A program made the translations under genes and the position numbers. Positions 1 through 17,204 of a stretch of DNA of 64,000 nucleotides are shown piece after piece. Every line of letters begins with the position of its first letter. Position 1 is the stretch's first letter. Under the pieces are notes generated by a model. It worked only from the letters and a program-made list of their open reading frames with translations, was not told the DNA's origin and ran no database searches. The stretch comes from Macrostomum lignano (lineage: Eukaryota), in contig NIVC01001165.1 of assembly GCA_002269645.1 (NCBI GenBank), positions 96,261 to 160,260 on the forward strand, read 5' to 3'.

Positions 1-185
1 TTCCACCTCAGCTTCCGCTTCCACGCTTCCGCCTCCGCTTCATCATCACTTATCAGGAGGTAATGCGCACAATGTTGCGATGGTGGAACGATGTTGCTTT
101 TCAAGATCGATGGAGGGTGCAAACAGCCGCTGCATTTATCTTCGAGGATAGCTTCAGAATCGGTGGCCGAGCCGTCTGGTAAATT
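1..185 (-). CDS. Candidate internal coding exon of an unidentified gene, running off the window edge
   Basis: The minus strand has an acceptor (aaaacag|) followed by an open frame from 185 to 1: NLPDGSATDSEAILEDKCSGCLHPPSILKSNIVPPSQHCAHYLLISDDEAEAEAWKRKLRW. Exon-like GC-richer pieces also lie at about 350-680, but I could not join them in frame. Product unknown. Confidence 0.3.
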
Positions 186-1267
186 CTGTTTTGAAGTTTA
201 GGAGGGAGGAAGTATTGAATTAGACGGAGGTTGAATTTAATAGTCTTTGGCAAAACTGGCGCGAAACTGCGTAAATAACCAGACCATATACCATGGTAAT
301 TTACAAAATAGTAAAGATAAAAAATTAATTAGCCACATAGCAGCCAATTACCTTTATCTGATAACTTCTTCGTGCCTTCTTCATGTCACATTCCTGGAAC
401 ACTCTGGCTGAACCAACTCTAGAATCCGGTTCAGCCTGGTCTTCTTGGACACTAAGTCCCCACGAAACGGAAGCTTCCAGGCTCCAGGTTGTTGTTCATT
501 ATTACAGCTTCTTACCTGAATTATAAGAGCAGAGTAAAAACAACCTTCACACAACGCCTCGCATTCCACTTTTCCGTGAGTCTTTTTTCTTGAGCCACTC
601 CTCCTTACTGAGACCTTGGAAGCTTTCAGGAAGCTTCACGTCATCGTCCGAGACCTCGACGATCTGCCTTTAATCGTCTTTAAAAATAACAATGAATTTA
701 ATTGAATTTGAAATTGAATATAATTTGAAGCTCAGAATGATTTGTTTCTCCTATAGAAGCACTGTGCTTTATGACTCCGCAATGCCTCAACTACAGAACA
801 AGTAATATAACTAGACTGCGCACAGGGGAGAGAGGGGGCGTGTCAGTTTTAGTATAGAAAAAAATGGTCCCCCGCGAAGCCCCTCTCCGAGATCGATAAT
901 GGAACTAAAGTTGAGGATTTCCCCCACTGGCGCTGCCCTTGTGCGAGCATTAAGCACCCTATACTGCCTGGCAAATTTTATTCATGTGCACTCTATAGGA
1001 TTCATATGATGCATGTTCTAAAAAATTAGCATCTATTATTATTTACTTTTCAAGTGGATTAAATATTAGTTTTAATAATGAAAAAAGTTGACAACGAAAG
1101 AGAAATTATTGACTAAAACAGCGACAAGAAAAACTAAACAGCTTGTAATTAAGTCAGCATTAAGCATGCAACAGTTCAATTAGCAATGGCTTACCAAAAA
1201 AAGATTAGAAAAGTCCATCACCAAGGAAATTTTACCACACAATACGTTCACAAGTTAAGAAAAATAG

Positions 1268-1855
1268 CTATCTCAGCAGTTTCTGCCTCCTTCCAGACTT
1301 GACAGTGCAGAGATCCTTGGCTACCTTCTTCTTGCGCACGTTGATGAAAAACTGGCTGAGAACTCGAATTAGGTGCAGCTTGTGAGATTCAATGCTGATG
1401 CTGGAGACAACTGAATGAGAATCCAGATCACCGAATAGATTGGCTGACAGCCGCAGAATCTCCTGGATGGCGAGTGCGCTCCGAAAGCTGCAGTCATAGG
1501 AGTATCGCCGGATAACATACTCTGCATGCAGAAACATTCGGAATGCATCAGCGCTGGGAAACACAAGTCCTCCGCGGCCTTCGCTATTCGTTGAATTCTT
1601 TTGCAGGGCGAGGGAGAACGGAAGGTGCGAATCACCGGAATCAGATAAGCTTCAGCTGCCAAGCAGGGCGCAGCGACACGGTGCACAGTCCAGGATCTTC
1701 AGCACACTGCGAACCACAGCTCCTCCTATATAGTGTACAATGGACTGGCACATCTCGCAAGTTGACAAGGAGCTGCAGTGCTGAATCGAATCTACACGCT
1801 TTCCAACTGAGACTGAAGACTGTATACCAAAAATGTCTTGTGTGTGATTGGACAT
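1268..1855 (-). mobile_element. Decayed P-element/THAP9-type DNA transposase, C-terminal region, with one in-frame stop
   Basis: ORFs 1652..1855 and 1268..1564 are in the same frame, separated by a TGA at 1652-1654. The motifs IVHYIGGAVVRSVLKILDCAPC, GGLVFPSADAFRMFLHAEYV and HKLHLIRVLSQFFINVR match the YIAGYV..C..C / GGL.YPS / H..L..R pattern of THAP9/P-type transposase C-termini. No terminal inverted repeats identified. Confidence 0.7.
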
Positions 1856-1973
1856 TCATACCATGGCGATAGACCCACCATACCCCTTCCCTGTATCCTT
1901 TTACACTGCCGCCTATCTCCTCAGTGCAAGTTGGCAGAGTTGCATAAACCTATACTACTCTATGATATCATAA

Positions 1974-2348
<375 letters not shown>

Positions 2349-2551
2349 GACTTGGGCTGGGAGTTCACTTAGGGATCATAGATTGGTTGCTCTTCTACTA
2401 CTGGTTAAATTTTAAAACAATTATTAAATTATCAATTTTTTGGAACCCGTTTAAATCCTCAATTAAATATTTTGCTTAAGGGAAGCTACTTACAGTAGCA
2501 TAACGGAATACTAAATCAATGCCTATTTGGTATATAATAATAAAAATAATT

Positions 2552-2800
2552 GATTACACCTGCCCCAATTGGGCGAGATGTGCAACCGACAGCTCAGCCG
2601 CAGCTATTGCGCGGCGCATCTGAAGGCTACGTGCGGTTGTTCAGTCCAAGGCCTGGGGGGTCGTCACACACACCCTCAATTACCCCAGCTAATGCTGGCG
2701 CCCATTTTAAAGCTGAGGGAACTGAAGTAATGCAGAGTTACATGTAGCTAGCTGTCTTGCTTAAGGGCGCATATTGTTCGAGTGGTTCGAGATTCTTTGG
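2552..2800 (-). mobile_element. SINE family A copy (tRNA-derived head, CORE-like body)
   Basis: Shares agatgtgcaaccgacagctcagccgcagctattgcgcggcgcatctgaa and ccattttaaagctgagggaactgaagtaatgcagag with the copies at about 11.0 kb, 41.7 kb and 54.1 kb. Confidence 0.7.
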
Positions 2801-3272
2801 AATTAATGGAAGCTACTATAAGTAGCATGGTGCAATATTGCTATACTGTACAAAGGTGTCAACAATTATTTAGTCTGGGCAAAACTGTTATTGTTTAGCA
2901 AATAATTGCCCGTTAAATATGAAATCTTTGATAGTTGAGTTTTTTAGCCAAATTCCTGTAACTTTCCTGTCGGGTGCAAGTGAAGTTTAATACGCATTGC
3001 TACTGTTGTGACTATTGTGACTATTGTCAAAGTCTTATCCGGTTCATTGTGTTGTTATCTTTTATCTACTGTAATATGACATCAATGTAACCAGTTCTTT
3101 TTCGCGCATATTCTTTAGAAATAAACAAATAGAACACGTTTCTGACATTATTTAGACAACATTTTTCTAGACCAATTATTGCATGCATAATAATTCTGTT
3201 ACTGTAAGTAGTTAATCAGTTTTTTATTTATAATATTTAAATTCGCGCTGACGAAGGTTAAAGTTGCTTGTG

Positions 3273-6200
3273 TCAGGTCTGCTGCTGCTTCTGGCCCTTG
3301 GCTGAGGCTGGTTGGCTGAACAGAACTACAAATTCTGAAATGGCAATTTTGTATTTTAGTTTTGTTTGAATGTTCGTATTGACGTAGTTGTAATACTCTG
3401 ATGTATCTTGTAGGTCATGCTGTAATCAGATCGTCATGCTGTTGTGTGATGTCTGAGTGAGTGGGTCATGCTTTTGTCTGATGTCTGAGTGAGTGGGTCA
3501 TTCTGTTGTCTGATGTCTGAGTGAGTGGGTCATGCTGTTGTCTGATGTCTGAGTGAGTGGGTCATGCTTTTGTCTGATGTCTGAGTGGGTGGGTCATGCT
3601 TTTGTCTGATGTCTGAGTGAGTGGGTCATGCTTTTGCCTGATGTCTGAGTGAGTGGGTCATGCTTCTGTCTGATGTCTGAGTGGGTGGGTCATGCTGTTG
3701 TGTGATGTCTGAGTGGGTGAGTCATGCTGCTATCTGATGTCTGAGTGAGTGGGTCATGCTTTTGTCTGATGTCTGAGTGAGTGGGTCATGCTTTTGTCTG
3801 ATGTCTGAGTGAGTGGGTCATGCTTTTGTCTGATGTCTGAGTGAGTGGGTCATTCTGTTGTCTGATGTCTGAGTGAGTGGGTCATGCTGTTGTCTAATGT
3901 CTGAGTGAGTGGGTCATGCTTTTGTCTGATGTCTGAGTGAGTGGGTCATGCTTTTGTCTGATCCTTTTTGTGAGTGGTTCATGCTTCTGTCTGATGTCTG
4001 AGTGGGTGGGTCATGCTGTTGTGTGATGTCCGAGTGGGTGGGTCATGCTGCTATCTGATGTCTGGCTGGGTCATGCTGCTATCTGATGTCTGAGTGGGTC
4101 ATGCTGCTATCTGATGTCTGAGTGGGTCATGCTGCTATCTGATGTCTGAGTGGGTGGGTCATGCACACCCTTGTAGCTGATCTTGCCATCCTCGTTAGCA
4201 TCGGCACTGCGGAAGAGCTCGTCGATTTCCTCGGTGGTCAGCTGTTCTCCGATGGATTTGAGCACGAACTCCAGCTCCTGTCGGCTGATGAAGCCGTTTT
4301 TGTCACGATCGAATACCTGAAATTGGAGTACTTATGTATTTTAGCCCATAATACCGACTGACCCAGCGATGGGTCAGGCCGGGAGAGTCTTGACCCACTA
4401 TAAGGGGCAGGAAAGAGTCATGACCCACTACTAAAGTGTCAGGGAGAGTCTTGACCCACTGAAGGGTCAGGGAGAGTCTTGACCCACTGAAGGGTCAGGG
4501 AGAGTCTTGACCCACTGAAGGGTCAGGGAGAGTCTTGACCCAATGAAGGGTCAGGGAGAGTCTTGACCCAATGAAGGGTCAGGGAGAGTCTTGACCCACT
4601 GAAGGGTCAGGGAGAGTCTTGACCCAATGAAGGGTCAGGGAGAGTCTTGACCCACTGAAGGGTCAGGGAGAGTCTTGACCCAATGAAGGGTCAGGGAGAG
4701 TCTTGACCCACTGAAGGGTCAGGGAGAGTCTTGACCCAATGAAGGGTCAGGGAGAGTCTTGACCCACTGAAGGGTCAGGGAGAGTCTTGACCCACTGAAG
4801 GGTAAAGGGAGAGTCCATACAAATATTGGAAGATCAAAGGACTCACGAGTCTGCTTTTACATGCTCACCTGAAATGCCGTGAGCAGTTCATTGTCAATTT
4901 CGGTAGAATTTTTGAAAACGTAGCTTTTCATAATTCTAGCGAACTCGTCGAAATCGATTTTGCCATCGTAAACTGAAATTTAAAAAAATGATTAAGCATC
5001 TTAAATATTGTGCGGGTCATGCTAATTAGCTCCTGAACATTCTGTGGGTCATGTTCAAGCTCCTGAACATTCTGTGGGTCATGTTCAAGCTCCTGAACAT
5101 TCTGTGGGTCATGTTCAAGCTCCGGAACATTCTATGTCATGTTCAAGCTCCTGAACATTCTGTGGGTCATGTTCAAGCTCCTGAACATTCTGTGGGTCAT
5201 GTTCAAGCTCCTGAACATTCTGTGGGTCATGTTCAAGCTCCTGAACATTCTGTAGGTCATGTTCAAGCTCCTGAAAATTCTATGTCATGTTCAAACTCCT
5301 GAACATTCTATGTCATGTTCAAACTCCTGAACATTCTATGTCATGTTCAAGCTCCGGAACATTCTATGTCATGTTCAAGCTCCTGAACATTCTGTGGGTC
5401 ATGTTCAAGCTCCTGAAAATTCTATGTCATGTTCAAACTCCTGAACATTCTGTGGGTCATGTTCAAACTCCTGAAAATTCTATGTCATGTTCAAACTCCT
5501 GAACATTCTATGTCATGTTCAAGCTCCGGAACATTCTATGTCATGTTCAAGCTCCGGAACATTCTATGTCATGTTCAAGCTCCGGAATATTCTATGTCAT
5601 GTTCAAGCTCCGGAACATTATATGTCAAGTTCAAGCTCCGTAATATTCTATGTCATGCTCAAGCTCCGGAACATTCTGTGTATCATGTTCAAGCTCCGGA
5701 ACATTCTGTGGGTCATGTTTAAGCTCCGGAACATTCTGCGGAGACAACTTATTTTTAGTATGGTACGAGCGTAGATATCAACGATGCTGAACCCAAGATC
5801 AAAGTGCATTGAATTTCCTTACCAATGACATCAGCTTCCTGTATGATGCTGTCAATCTCTTTCTGAGTCGGATTCTGGCCCATCGCCTGCAGCACGTTCC
5901 TGAGTTCGAAGCTCTCGATGTAGCCCGAGCTGTTCTGGTCGAATATATCGAATGCCTCTCGCATTTCTGTTTGAATATTCGAATGGATTTTAAAGGATTT
6001 TTGCTGCTCTCTTTGAGATTAGGAATTCGAACATTTTTGTTAATGTATACATCAGAATTTTTTGTGACTTTTAGGTGACGTGATCATCAGATGATGTCTG
6101 TGGTTATCAGGTGATGTCGGTGATTATCAGGTGATATCTGTGGTTATCAGGTGATGTCGGTGATTATCAGGTGATGTCTGTGTGATTATCAGGTGATGTT

Positions 6201-8443
6201 TGTGATTATTAGGTGATGTCTGTGATTATCAGGTGATGTCTTTGATCATCAGGTGATGTCTTTGATTATCAGGTGATGCCTGTGATTATCAGGTGATGTC
6301 TTTGATCATCAGGTGATGCCTGTGATTATCAGGTGATGTCTTTGATCATCAGGTGATGTATTTGATCATCAGGTGATGTCTTTGATCATCAGGTGATGTC
6401 TTTGATCATCAGGTGATGTCTTTGATCATCAGGTGATGTCTTTGATTATCAGGTGATGCCTGTGATTATCAGGTGATGTCTTTGATCATCAGGTGACGTC
6501 TGTGGTTATCAGGTGATGTCTGTGATCATCAGGTGATGTCGGTGATCATCAGGTGATGTCTTTGATCATCAGGTGATGTCGGTGATTATTAGGTGATGTC
6601 TTTGATCATCAGGTGATGTCTGTGATTATCAGGTGATGTCTGTGATTATCAGGTGATGTCTGTGGTTATCAGGTGATGTCTGTGGTTATCAGGTGATGTT
6701 TGTGATCATTAGGTGATGTCTTTGATCATCAGGTGATGTCTGTGATCATAAGGTGATGTCGGTGATTATTAGGTGATGTCTTTGATCATCAGGTGATGTC
6801 TGTGATTATCAGGTGATGTCTGTGATTATCAGGTGATGTCTGTGGTTATCAGGTGATGTCGGTGATTATCAGGTGATGTCTGTGTGATTATCAGGTGATG
6901 TTTGTGATTATTAGGTGATGTCTGTGATTATCAGGTGATGTCTTTGATCATCAGGTGATGTCTTTGATTATCAGGTGATGCCTGTGATTATCAGGTGATG
7001 TCTGTGGTTATCAGGTGATGTTTGTGATCATTAGGTGATGTCTTTGATCATCAGGTGATGTCTGTGATCATCAGGTGATGTCGGTGATTATTAGGTGATG
7101 TCTTTGATCATCAGGTGATGTCTGTGATTATCAGGTGATGTCTGTGATTATCAGGTGATGTCTGTGGTTATCAGGTGATGTCGGTGATTATCAGGTGATG
7201 TCTGTGTGATTATCAGGTGATGTTTGTGATTATTAGGTGATGTCTGTGATTATCAGGTGATGTCTTTGATCATCAGGTGATGCCTGTGATTATCAGGTGA
7301 TGTCTTTGATCATCAGGTGATGCCTGTGATTATCAGGTGATGTCTTTGATCATCAGGTGATGTATTTGATCATCAGGTGATGTCTTTGATCATCAGGTGA
7401 TGTCTTTGATCATCAGGTGATGTCTTTGATCATCAGGTGATGTCTTTGATCATCAGGTGATGTCTTTGATCATCAGGTGATGTCTTTGATTATCAGGTGA
7501 TGCCTGTGATTATCAGGTGATGTCTTTGATCATCAGGTGATGCCTGTGATTATCAGGTGATGTCTTTGATCATCAGGTGATGTCTTTGATCATCAGGTGA
7601 TGTCTTTGATCATCAGGTGATGTCTTTGATCATCAGGTGATGTCTTTGATTATCAGGTGATGCCTGTGATTATCAGGTGATGTCTTTGATCATCAGGTGA
7701 CGTCTGTGGTTATCAGGTGATGTCTGTGATCATCAGGTGATGTCGGTGATCATCAGGTGATGTCTTTGATCATCAGGTGATGTCGGTGATTATTAGGTGA
7801 TGTCTTTGATCATCAGGTGATGTCTTTGATCATCAGGTGATGTCTGTGATTATCAGGTGATGTCTGTGATTATCAGGTGATGTCTGTGGTTATCAGGTGA
7901 TGTCTGTGGTTATCAGGTGATGTTTGTGATCATTAGGTGATGTCTTTGATCATCAGGTGATGTCTGTGATCATCAGGTGATGTCTGTGGTTATCAGGTGA
8001 TGTCTGTGGTTATCAGGTGATGTTTGTGATCATTAGGTGATGTCTTTGATCATCAGGTGATGTCTGTGATCATCAGGTGATGTCTGTGGTTATCAGGTGA
8101 TGTTTGTGATTATCAGGTGATGTCTATGACTATCAGGTGATGTCTTTGATCATCAGGTGATGTCTGTGATTATCAGGTATTGTCTTTGATCATCAGGTGA
8201 TGTCTGTGACTATCAGGTGATGTCTGTGATTATCAGGCGATAGCTTGGCTTCGACAAGAAAATATTTCTCACCCTTGAACTCCTCTTCAGTGAGAAACGG
8301 CTCCATATCTGCAGCACTTGAAGATCTGTAATAGCCGGATTTATTTTAAAACGCGCTTTTGATAAAATCAGAAATTTGTCAATCCATTTGTTTCACCGCC
8401 AACAGCCTCTCAGCTTCCTGAGAACCCCTGGGGAGATTCCCAT
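3273..8443 (-). CDS. Calmodulin-like EF-hand protein, about 185 aa, 6 coding exons
   Basis: Exons (minus): 8443-8397, 8325-8273, 5966-5823, 4972-4869, 4316-4169, 3334-3273. All junctions are GT-AG and phase-consistent, 558 nt in total. EF loops are [37 protein letters not shown] and [12 protein letters not shown]. The 144-nt exon and intron phases match the calmodulin gene layout. The first exon is less certain; an alternative start is the ATG at 8306 (163 aa). Confidence 0.88.
3420..4165. repeat. About 30-bp minisatellite (tgtctgatgtctgagtgagtgggtcatgct)
   Basis: Tandem array filling the last calmodulin-like intron and starting at the donor. Confidence 0.95.
4358..4815. repeat. 28-bp minisatellite (gggagagtcttgacccactgaagggtca)
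   Basis: About 15 near-perfect units, each containing a TGACCC...GGGTCA inverted repeat. Confidence 0.95.
5015..5738. repeat. 28/30-bp minisatellite (catgttcaagctcctgaacattctgtgggt)
   Basis: Visible tandem array. It explains the spurious ORFs 5051..5774. Confidence 0.95.
6075..8238. repeat. 20-bp minisatellite (atcaggtgatgtctttgatc), over 100 units, with higher-order block duplication
   Basis: Tandem array occupying the intron between calmodulin-like exons 5966 and 8273. Confidence 0.97.
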
Positions 8444-8847
8444 TTGTTGCAACGGAGCGGAAGTGGCTTTCGCAGCTCTCTGTCTGCTGCCTCTCCTATT
8501 TTCTGCTCCTAGGAGCCACCTGTTGGTGTTGCTTTTGCTTGCTTTTGTCTTGCCTGAATGCAGCTGCCTCCATTCCGTCTCTCCCTGTACACCTCAGCTG
8601 AGCCCGCCGCTCTGCAAGCAGCAGAATTCTCGCAAGCTGCCCGCCTTTTGCCAGTGCGTTGTTTGAAAAAAACATTTCTCTCTGCTTGCTTGGAATAGCT
8701 GAGAAGCGGCTGCCGCGAGCGTGGCATTTGGATTGCGATGGGGAACCTGAGCTGCTGCCGAGGTGGGGTCTGCGGTCAGCTTCTCTTGCAACTGACTTTG
8801 GAAATAATTTGAACCGGCGGTGCCCTATTCTTTCTTCACGCTGCACC

Positions 8848-9625
8848 TCTCTACTGTGTGACAGGCAGGTCTCTACTGTGTGACAGGCAGGTCTCTACTG
8901 TGTGACAGGCAGGTCTCTACTGTGTGACAGGCAGGTCTCTACTGTGTGACAGGCAGGTCTCTACTGTGTGACAGGCAGGTCTCTACTGTGTGACAGGCAG
9001 GTTTCTACTGTTACAGTCAGGTCTCTACTGTGTGACAGGCAGGTCTCTACTGTGTGACAGGCAGGTCTCTACTGTGTGACAGGCAGGTCTCTACTGTGTG
9101 ACAGGCAGGTCTCTACTGTGTGACAGGCAGGTCTCTACTGTGTGACAGGCAGCTGTCTCTACTGTGTGACAGGCAGGTCTCTTTAATGTGACAGACAGCT
9201 GGTCTCTACTGTGTTACAGGCAGCTGTATCTACTGTGTGACAGGCAGCTGTATCTACTGTGTGACAGGCAGCTGTATCTACTGTGTGACAGGCAGCTGTA
9301 TCTACTGTGTGACAGGCAGCTGTATCTACTGTGTGACAGGCAGCTGTATCTACTGTGTGACAGGCAGCTGTATCTACTGTGTGACAGGCAGCTGTATCTA
9401 CTGTGTGACAGGCAGCTGTCTCCAAGGACTACTTAAGTTACTTGAGTTATATACGTTACTTTAGTCGTCCTTGGCTGTCTCTACTGCGTGACAGGCAGCA
9501 GTTTCTACTGTGTGACATACAGGTCTCTACTGTGTGACAGGCAGCAGTTTCTACTGTGTGACATACAGGTCTCTACTGTGTGACAGGCAGCTCTCTCTAC
9601 TGTGTGACAGGCAGCTACTGTGTGC
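8848..9625. repeat. 22/24-bp minisatellite (ctactgtgtgacaggcaggtct / ...cagctgtat)
   Basis: Tandem array. The unit switches from 22 to 24 bp near 9190. Confidence 0.95.
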
Positions 9626-11039
9626 AAACTAGTAGTTATTAAAGAAGGGATGCAGGAACTTCATCAGGGTGCAGCCCAGCAATAGGCTACAAACGGCATT
9701 CATATAACCACTACTAGAGCCTATAAATAATTACTTGGGTATTCGTTTTTAGTCACGTTCGCCACCTGCTGACAATGCAAGTCGGCTGCATCTCACCTAA
9801 ACTGCTGCAGGGAAGTCTTGTCATATTCAGTCAAAGCCAGAGTTAATCTGCCACAGCCTCACAATACGAGGCCAAGTTCTGCAATTCTTGTCTGAACTGA
9901 CAAATGAAATTATCGCTCAAGGTCGACTTGAGATTATAGCATTAATTGTTATGCCCTATTAAAAACTTGATTCAATGACAGAACTGAACTCACAAAGAGG
10001 AACTTCATGCTTCCTGTTTATTGATGACAAATGCGCTTTGTTTAAATCGGAAGTTTTGATTAGAAATAGTTTTGACAATTGTTAACTTGGATTGCATGGT
10101 TGCCATGGTTACCTAAATCACTGTGCTGTCTATAGCAGTGAATTATGAATTATGAAATTGACAATATTAATAATCTTCTGAACATTTAATAATGAATATC
10201 GGCGCTATTAGATAATGAGACTCAGTGCCATTGAGATTCAGTGCCATTGAGATTCAGTGCCATTGAGACTCAGTGCCATATTGATAATTCTTAAAAATTG
10301 AAGAGCAGTACCGGTATATAGAAAATAAAATTTCAAATGCATTCAATGAACTCACCAAAATGTCAATGAAGCTGAAAAGATTAGAGCTGTGGCAAATCCT
10401 AGCTATTATCAATATCTGCCTCTTCTAAAAGCAGAACAGCTAGTCGTTGGAAAGGAAATTTTTTTTATTTCCTCTGTTCCGCTTATCGCGTTGAGAACTC
10501 TTTATACTAGCAGCTCCCCGCGCTTCCTTTTTGAGTCATTTTAACCATTGGTTTGCACGGATCTCAGCAGCCTGCAGCTTCGCTGATTCGTTGCTTTCGT
10601 GCATCTCTCGACGATCGTCCCCGACTCAAATCATAAAATCCATCTTTTGCGGAAATGCGAGGCGCCGCACGATCCCTCCGGGAATTGAAATCCCCCCTCA
10701 TATTTTTTCTCCCGTGTGTCCAATCAGGCAGTCTGGGGAACATTTCATTCAAATCTCGAACCACACAGCGGAATTCGAGTTCCTACAGGAACTTAAAACT
10801 ATTTCAATTTAAGAAACAAAGAAGCTGATTGAGATAATAGTTATACTTTTAGCTTACGCTGAATACAGCTAGTGTTACATGCAAATCGCTTGATTGAAAT
10901 TTACTGTATAAATTAAAATAAGCTGAATTAACATACCGAGTAAAATATTTAATTTATATCAAATAATGCTATAAGGAGGGGAATTTAATAGTGTACAAAA
11001 ATAATGAAAATATGACCGCATCTACATGAAATATGTACA

Positions 11040-11322
11040 TGTATTGCGGCGAATCTGAAAAGCTGCGGTGGCTGTTCAGTCCCAAATTAAGGATTGACTG
11101 CATGAGCCGGAGTCACCACACACACACGTACGGCCCTCAATTACTCGTACCCTAGCTAACTAATGCTCTGGCACCCATTTTACAGCAGGGTAAACTGAAG
11201 CAATGCAGAGAATTATTTAAGTGTCTCGCTCTAGGACACAAATATTGTTCTAGTGGATCAGGATGTCGTCGAACCACCGACCTGCAAGTCGTGAGTCCGA
11301 CGTCGCTATAATTACCACTAGG
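11040..11322 (-). mobile_element. SINE family A copy with tRNA-like head
   Basis: The reverse complement reads ...agcgacgtcggactcacgacttgcaggtcggtggttcga (B-box-like), followed by the cccattttacagcagggtaaactgaagcaatgcagag core shared with the other copies. Confidence 0.65.
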
Positions 11323-12702
11323 CTACAACCCCGCGTCGACGTCGCTGTAATTCTCGTCGGCGCCGCTGGCTTCTTCGTCACATGTACAGTACATGTGATC
11401 ATCATATAGCACTTGTCCTTTAGCATCTTCGAGGAATATTGATCCTTCACCTACATGTACATGTATAATGAGATGTGTGTAACATTATATGCGACTCCAG
11501 CTAGAAAGTGGAATAGAGCTGGGGTTTGGATATAAATTTTGTGCATGTACTGTACATGTATTTTGTAGTGTTTTAAAATAAAACTTGTATAATTAAAACA
11601 GGCCTAAACAAGAATAAAATACATACGAATAATATATGAGTGTCGCGTCCTTTCTCCTTAAGTTGACCTTGTTACGGGCTAAAAGCGTAAATATTTTATT
11701 ATAGATGCAAAGAATTACTACGTAAATGAAATTATAATTTTACCGGCGTTATCTGAGCTCAGCGTTATAACTAAATGAAAAAGTCACAATCTTTTTAGTC
11801 ACAATGCTAGATAGCTTTTTACCTATTTTTGCTGCGAGTTAAGATTATAATTTTATTTCAGTCTAATCATAACACTAACGCTTTGAGAAAATCGAGTGCT
11901 CTTTATAGTTTAATATTTTTGTTTCCCGTTTTTTTGCAATCAAAATATCTTTTCCTACAAAAAGTGAATCGTGATTGCAGCTGTTTTTGTATGTTTTTAT
12001 TTCTCAAATGATATAATTATTTGGTTACACTGACAAACTTTTTCTATGATTTGCATTATAGCGAACACCAAACTCAAATAAATAAAATATAAAATATAAA
12101 ATATAAAATATAAAATATAAAAATATATAAAATATAAAATAAAATATAAACACGTGCATTGCTATTGAAAAAGAAATACGAAACTTTATTTTTTTCTGCA
12201 TTCTCATTTCTGTTTATGTAATTAGACATTAGATAAAAAGTAAACTTTAAGGATATTACATTTAATTAGAATTTTCTGCCATTCTTCTTTGCATGCATGA
12301 GTATAATTATGCAATATATTTTTGTACAAAAATTATAGTTCATTATTAAAAATAGTTTAATAAAATAGAAATGATTTTATTTCTTCATTATTGACTTTTT
12401 CGTCACTTTATGGATTTTAATGTTGATTTGCTGTCAGATTATAGAATTTCTATGCCTACTTTAATGATTAACTAATAATGCAAAAAATTTACATTATTGG
12501 CAAGATGGCAATTTAAATAAATTAGGTCTATTCTACAATATAACCAATATTTTTCTTTGGCTATCCTGAAAAATCCTGATTAAACTCTGAGCTTTATTAG
12601 TTTTTATTTTCTTGCCCATTTTCATGCCAAGGACGCCAGCTGACCTGATTGCATCAGCAGGCTTGGCTTGAAATTGATCTATAAATTCTGCAAGTCCCCG
12701 AA

Positions 12703-16517
<3,815 letters not shown>

Positions 16518-17204
16518 CAAGTTTTTTATTGTTTATCCTGAAAGTTAAGGCAGTTGAGTCAGTACGTCCCGCAAGTGCGCTGAAGTTGTTAGTCAGGCAC
16601 TCTCTGCGCCTTCGGGGTTGGCCCTGTCACTGGCAGGCTGTCCAATTATCCTTGTCTTAATTGCATTGCCGTTAATCCGACCTGCTTTCAAGTTGCTAAT
16701 TAGCACTTGTCCCAGGCTGGGGTCGCGATTTTCGGTACAGTGTTTTGTGCAGGTTCCATATAGATGCGGCTTGTGGTGTCCCAGCTGCGAAACTGTGGGC
16801 TGTTTCTCTGCTAAGCTTCAGTGCTTCTTCTATATCGAGCGCTGGGTAGCGCGTTTCGTGGATCAATACGGACTTCGGGGTCGCCGCCAACTCTCTCTCT
16901 CTCTCTCTTCTCTTCATCCCCCCACTGCCAGGTTGGGAGATGGAGAGAGAAACAGATGAGGACGTGAGGATAGAGTTATGAGCTCTGAAGCCAGGCACCA
17001 CTGAGCACTCTATACATGTACATGAAGTTTCCTAAGCTAATGTGTGCAGGAAAATTGCATACGAAGTTGTGCTTTTGTTATCAAGAGTACAAATATAACA
17101 CTTTAAATTTGCACTATCGATATAGATAAACAATTTGGTAGGAAATAAGTTAAATCAATTTTGGGGCTTTAGGCGGGAGTGCATTTTGGAGGTGGTGGCT
17201 TTCG

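Noticed and set aside
1652-1654. Selenocysteine or readthrough in the transposase
   Set aside because: The element is truncated, so a simple nonsense mutation is sufficient.
8496-8846. 116-aa and overlapping ORFs upstream of the calmodulin-like start
   Set aside because: Not in frame with the gene and no recognisable motif. More likely 5' UTR or promoter.
10531-10812. Short ORFs on both strands near a possible Helitron-like end (actagcagctccccgcg)
   Set aside because: No homology or splice support, and the matching 3' hairpin could not be established.
16696-17001. Possible LINE C-terminal fragment with a (GA)n stretch
   Set aside because: No diagnostic motif that I can name with confidence.
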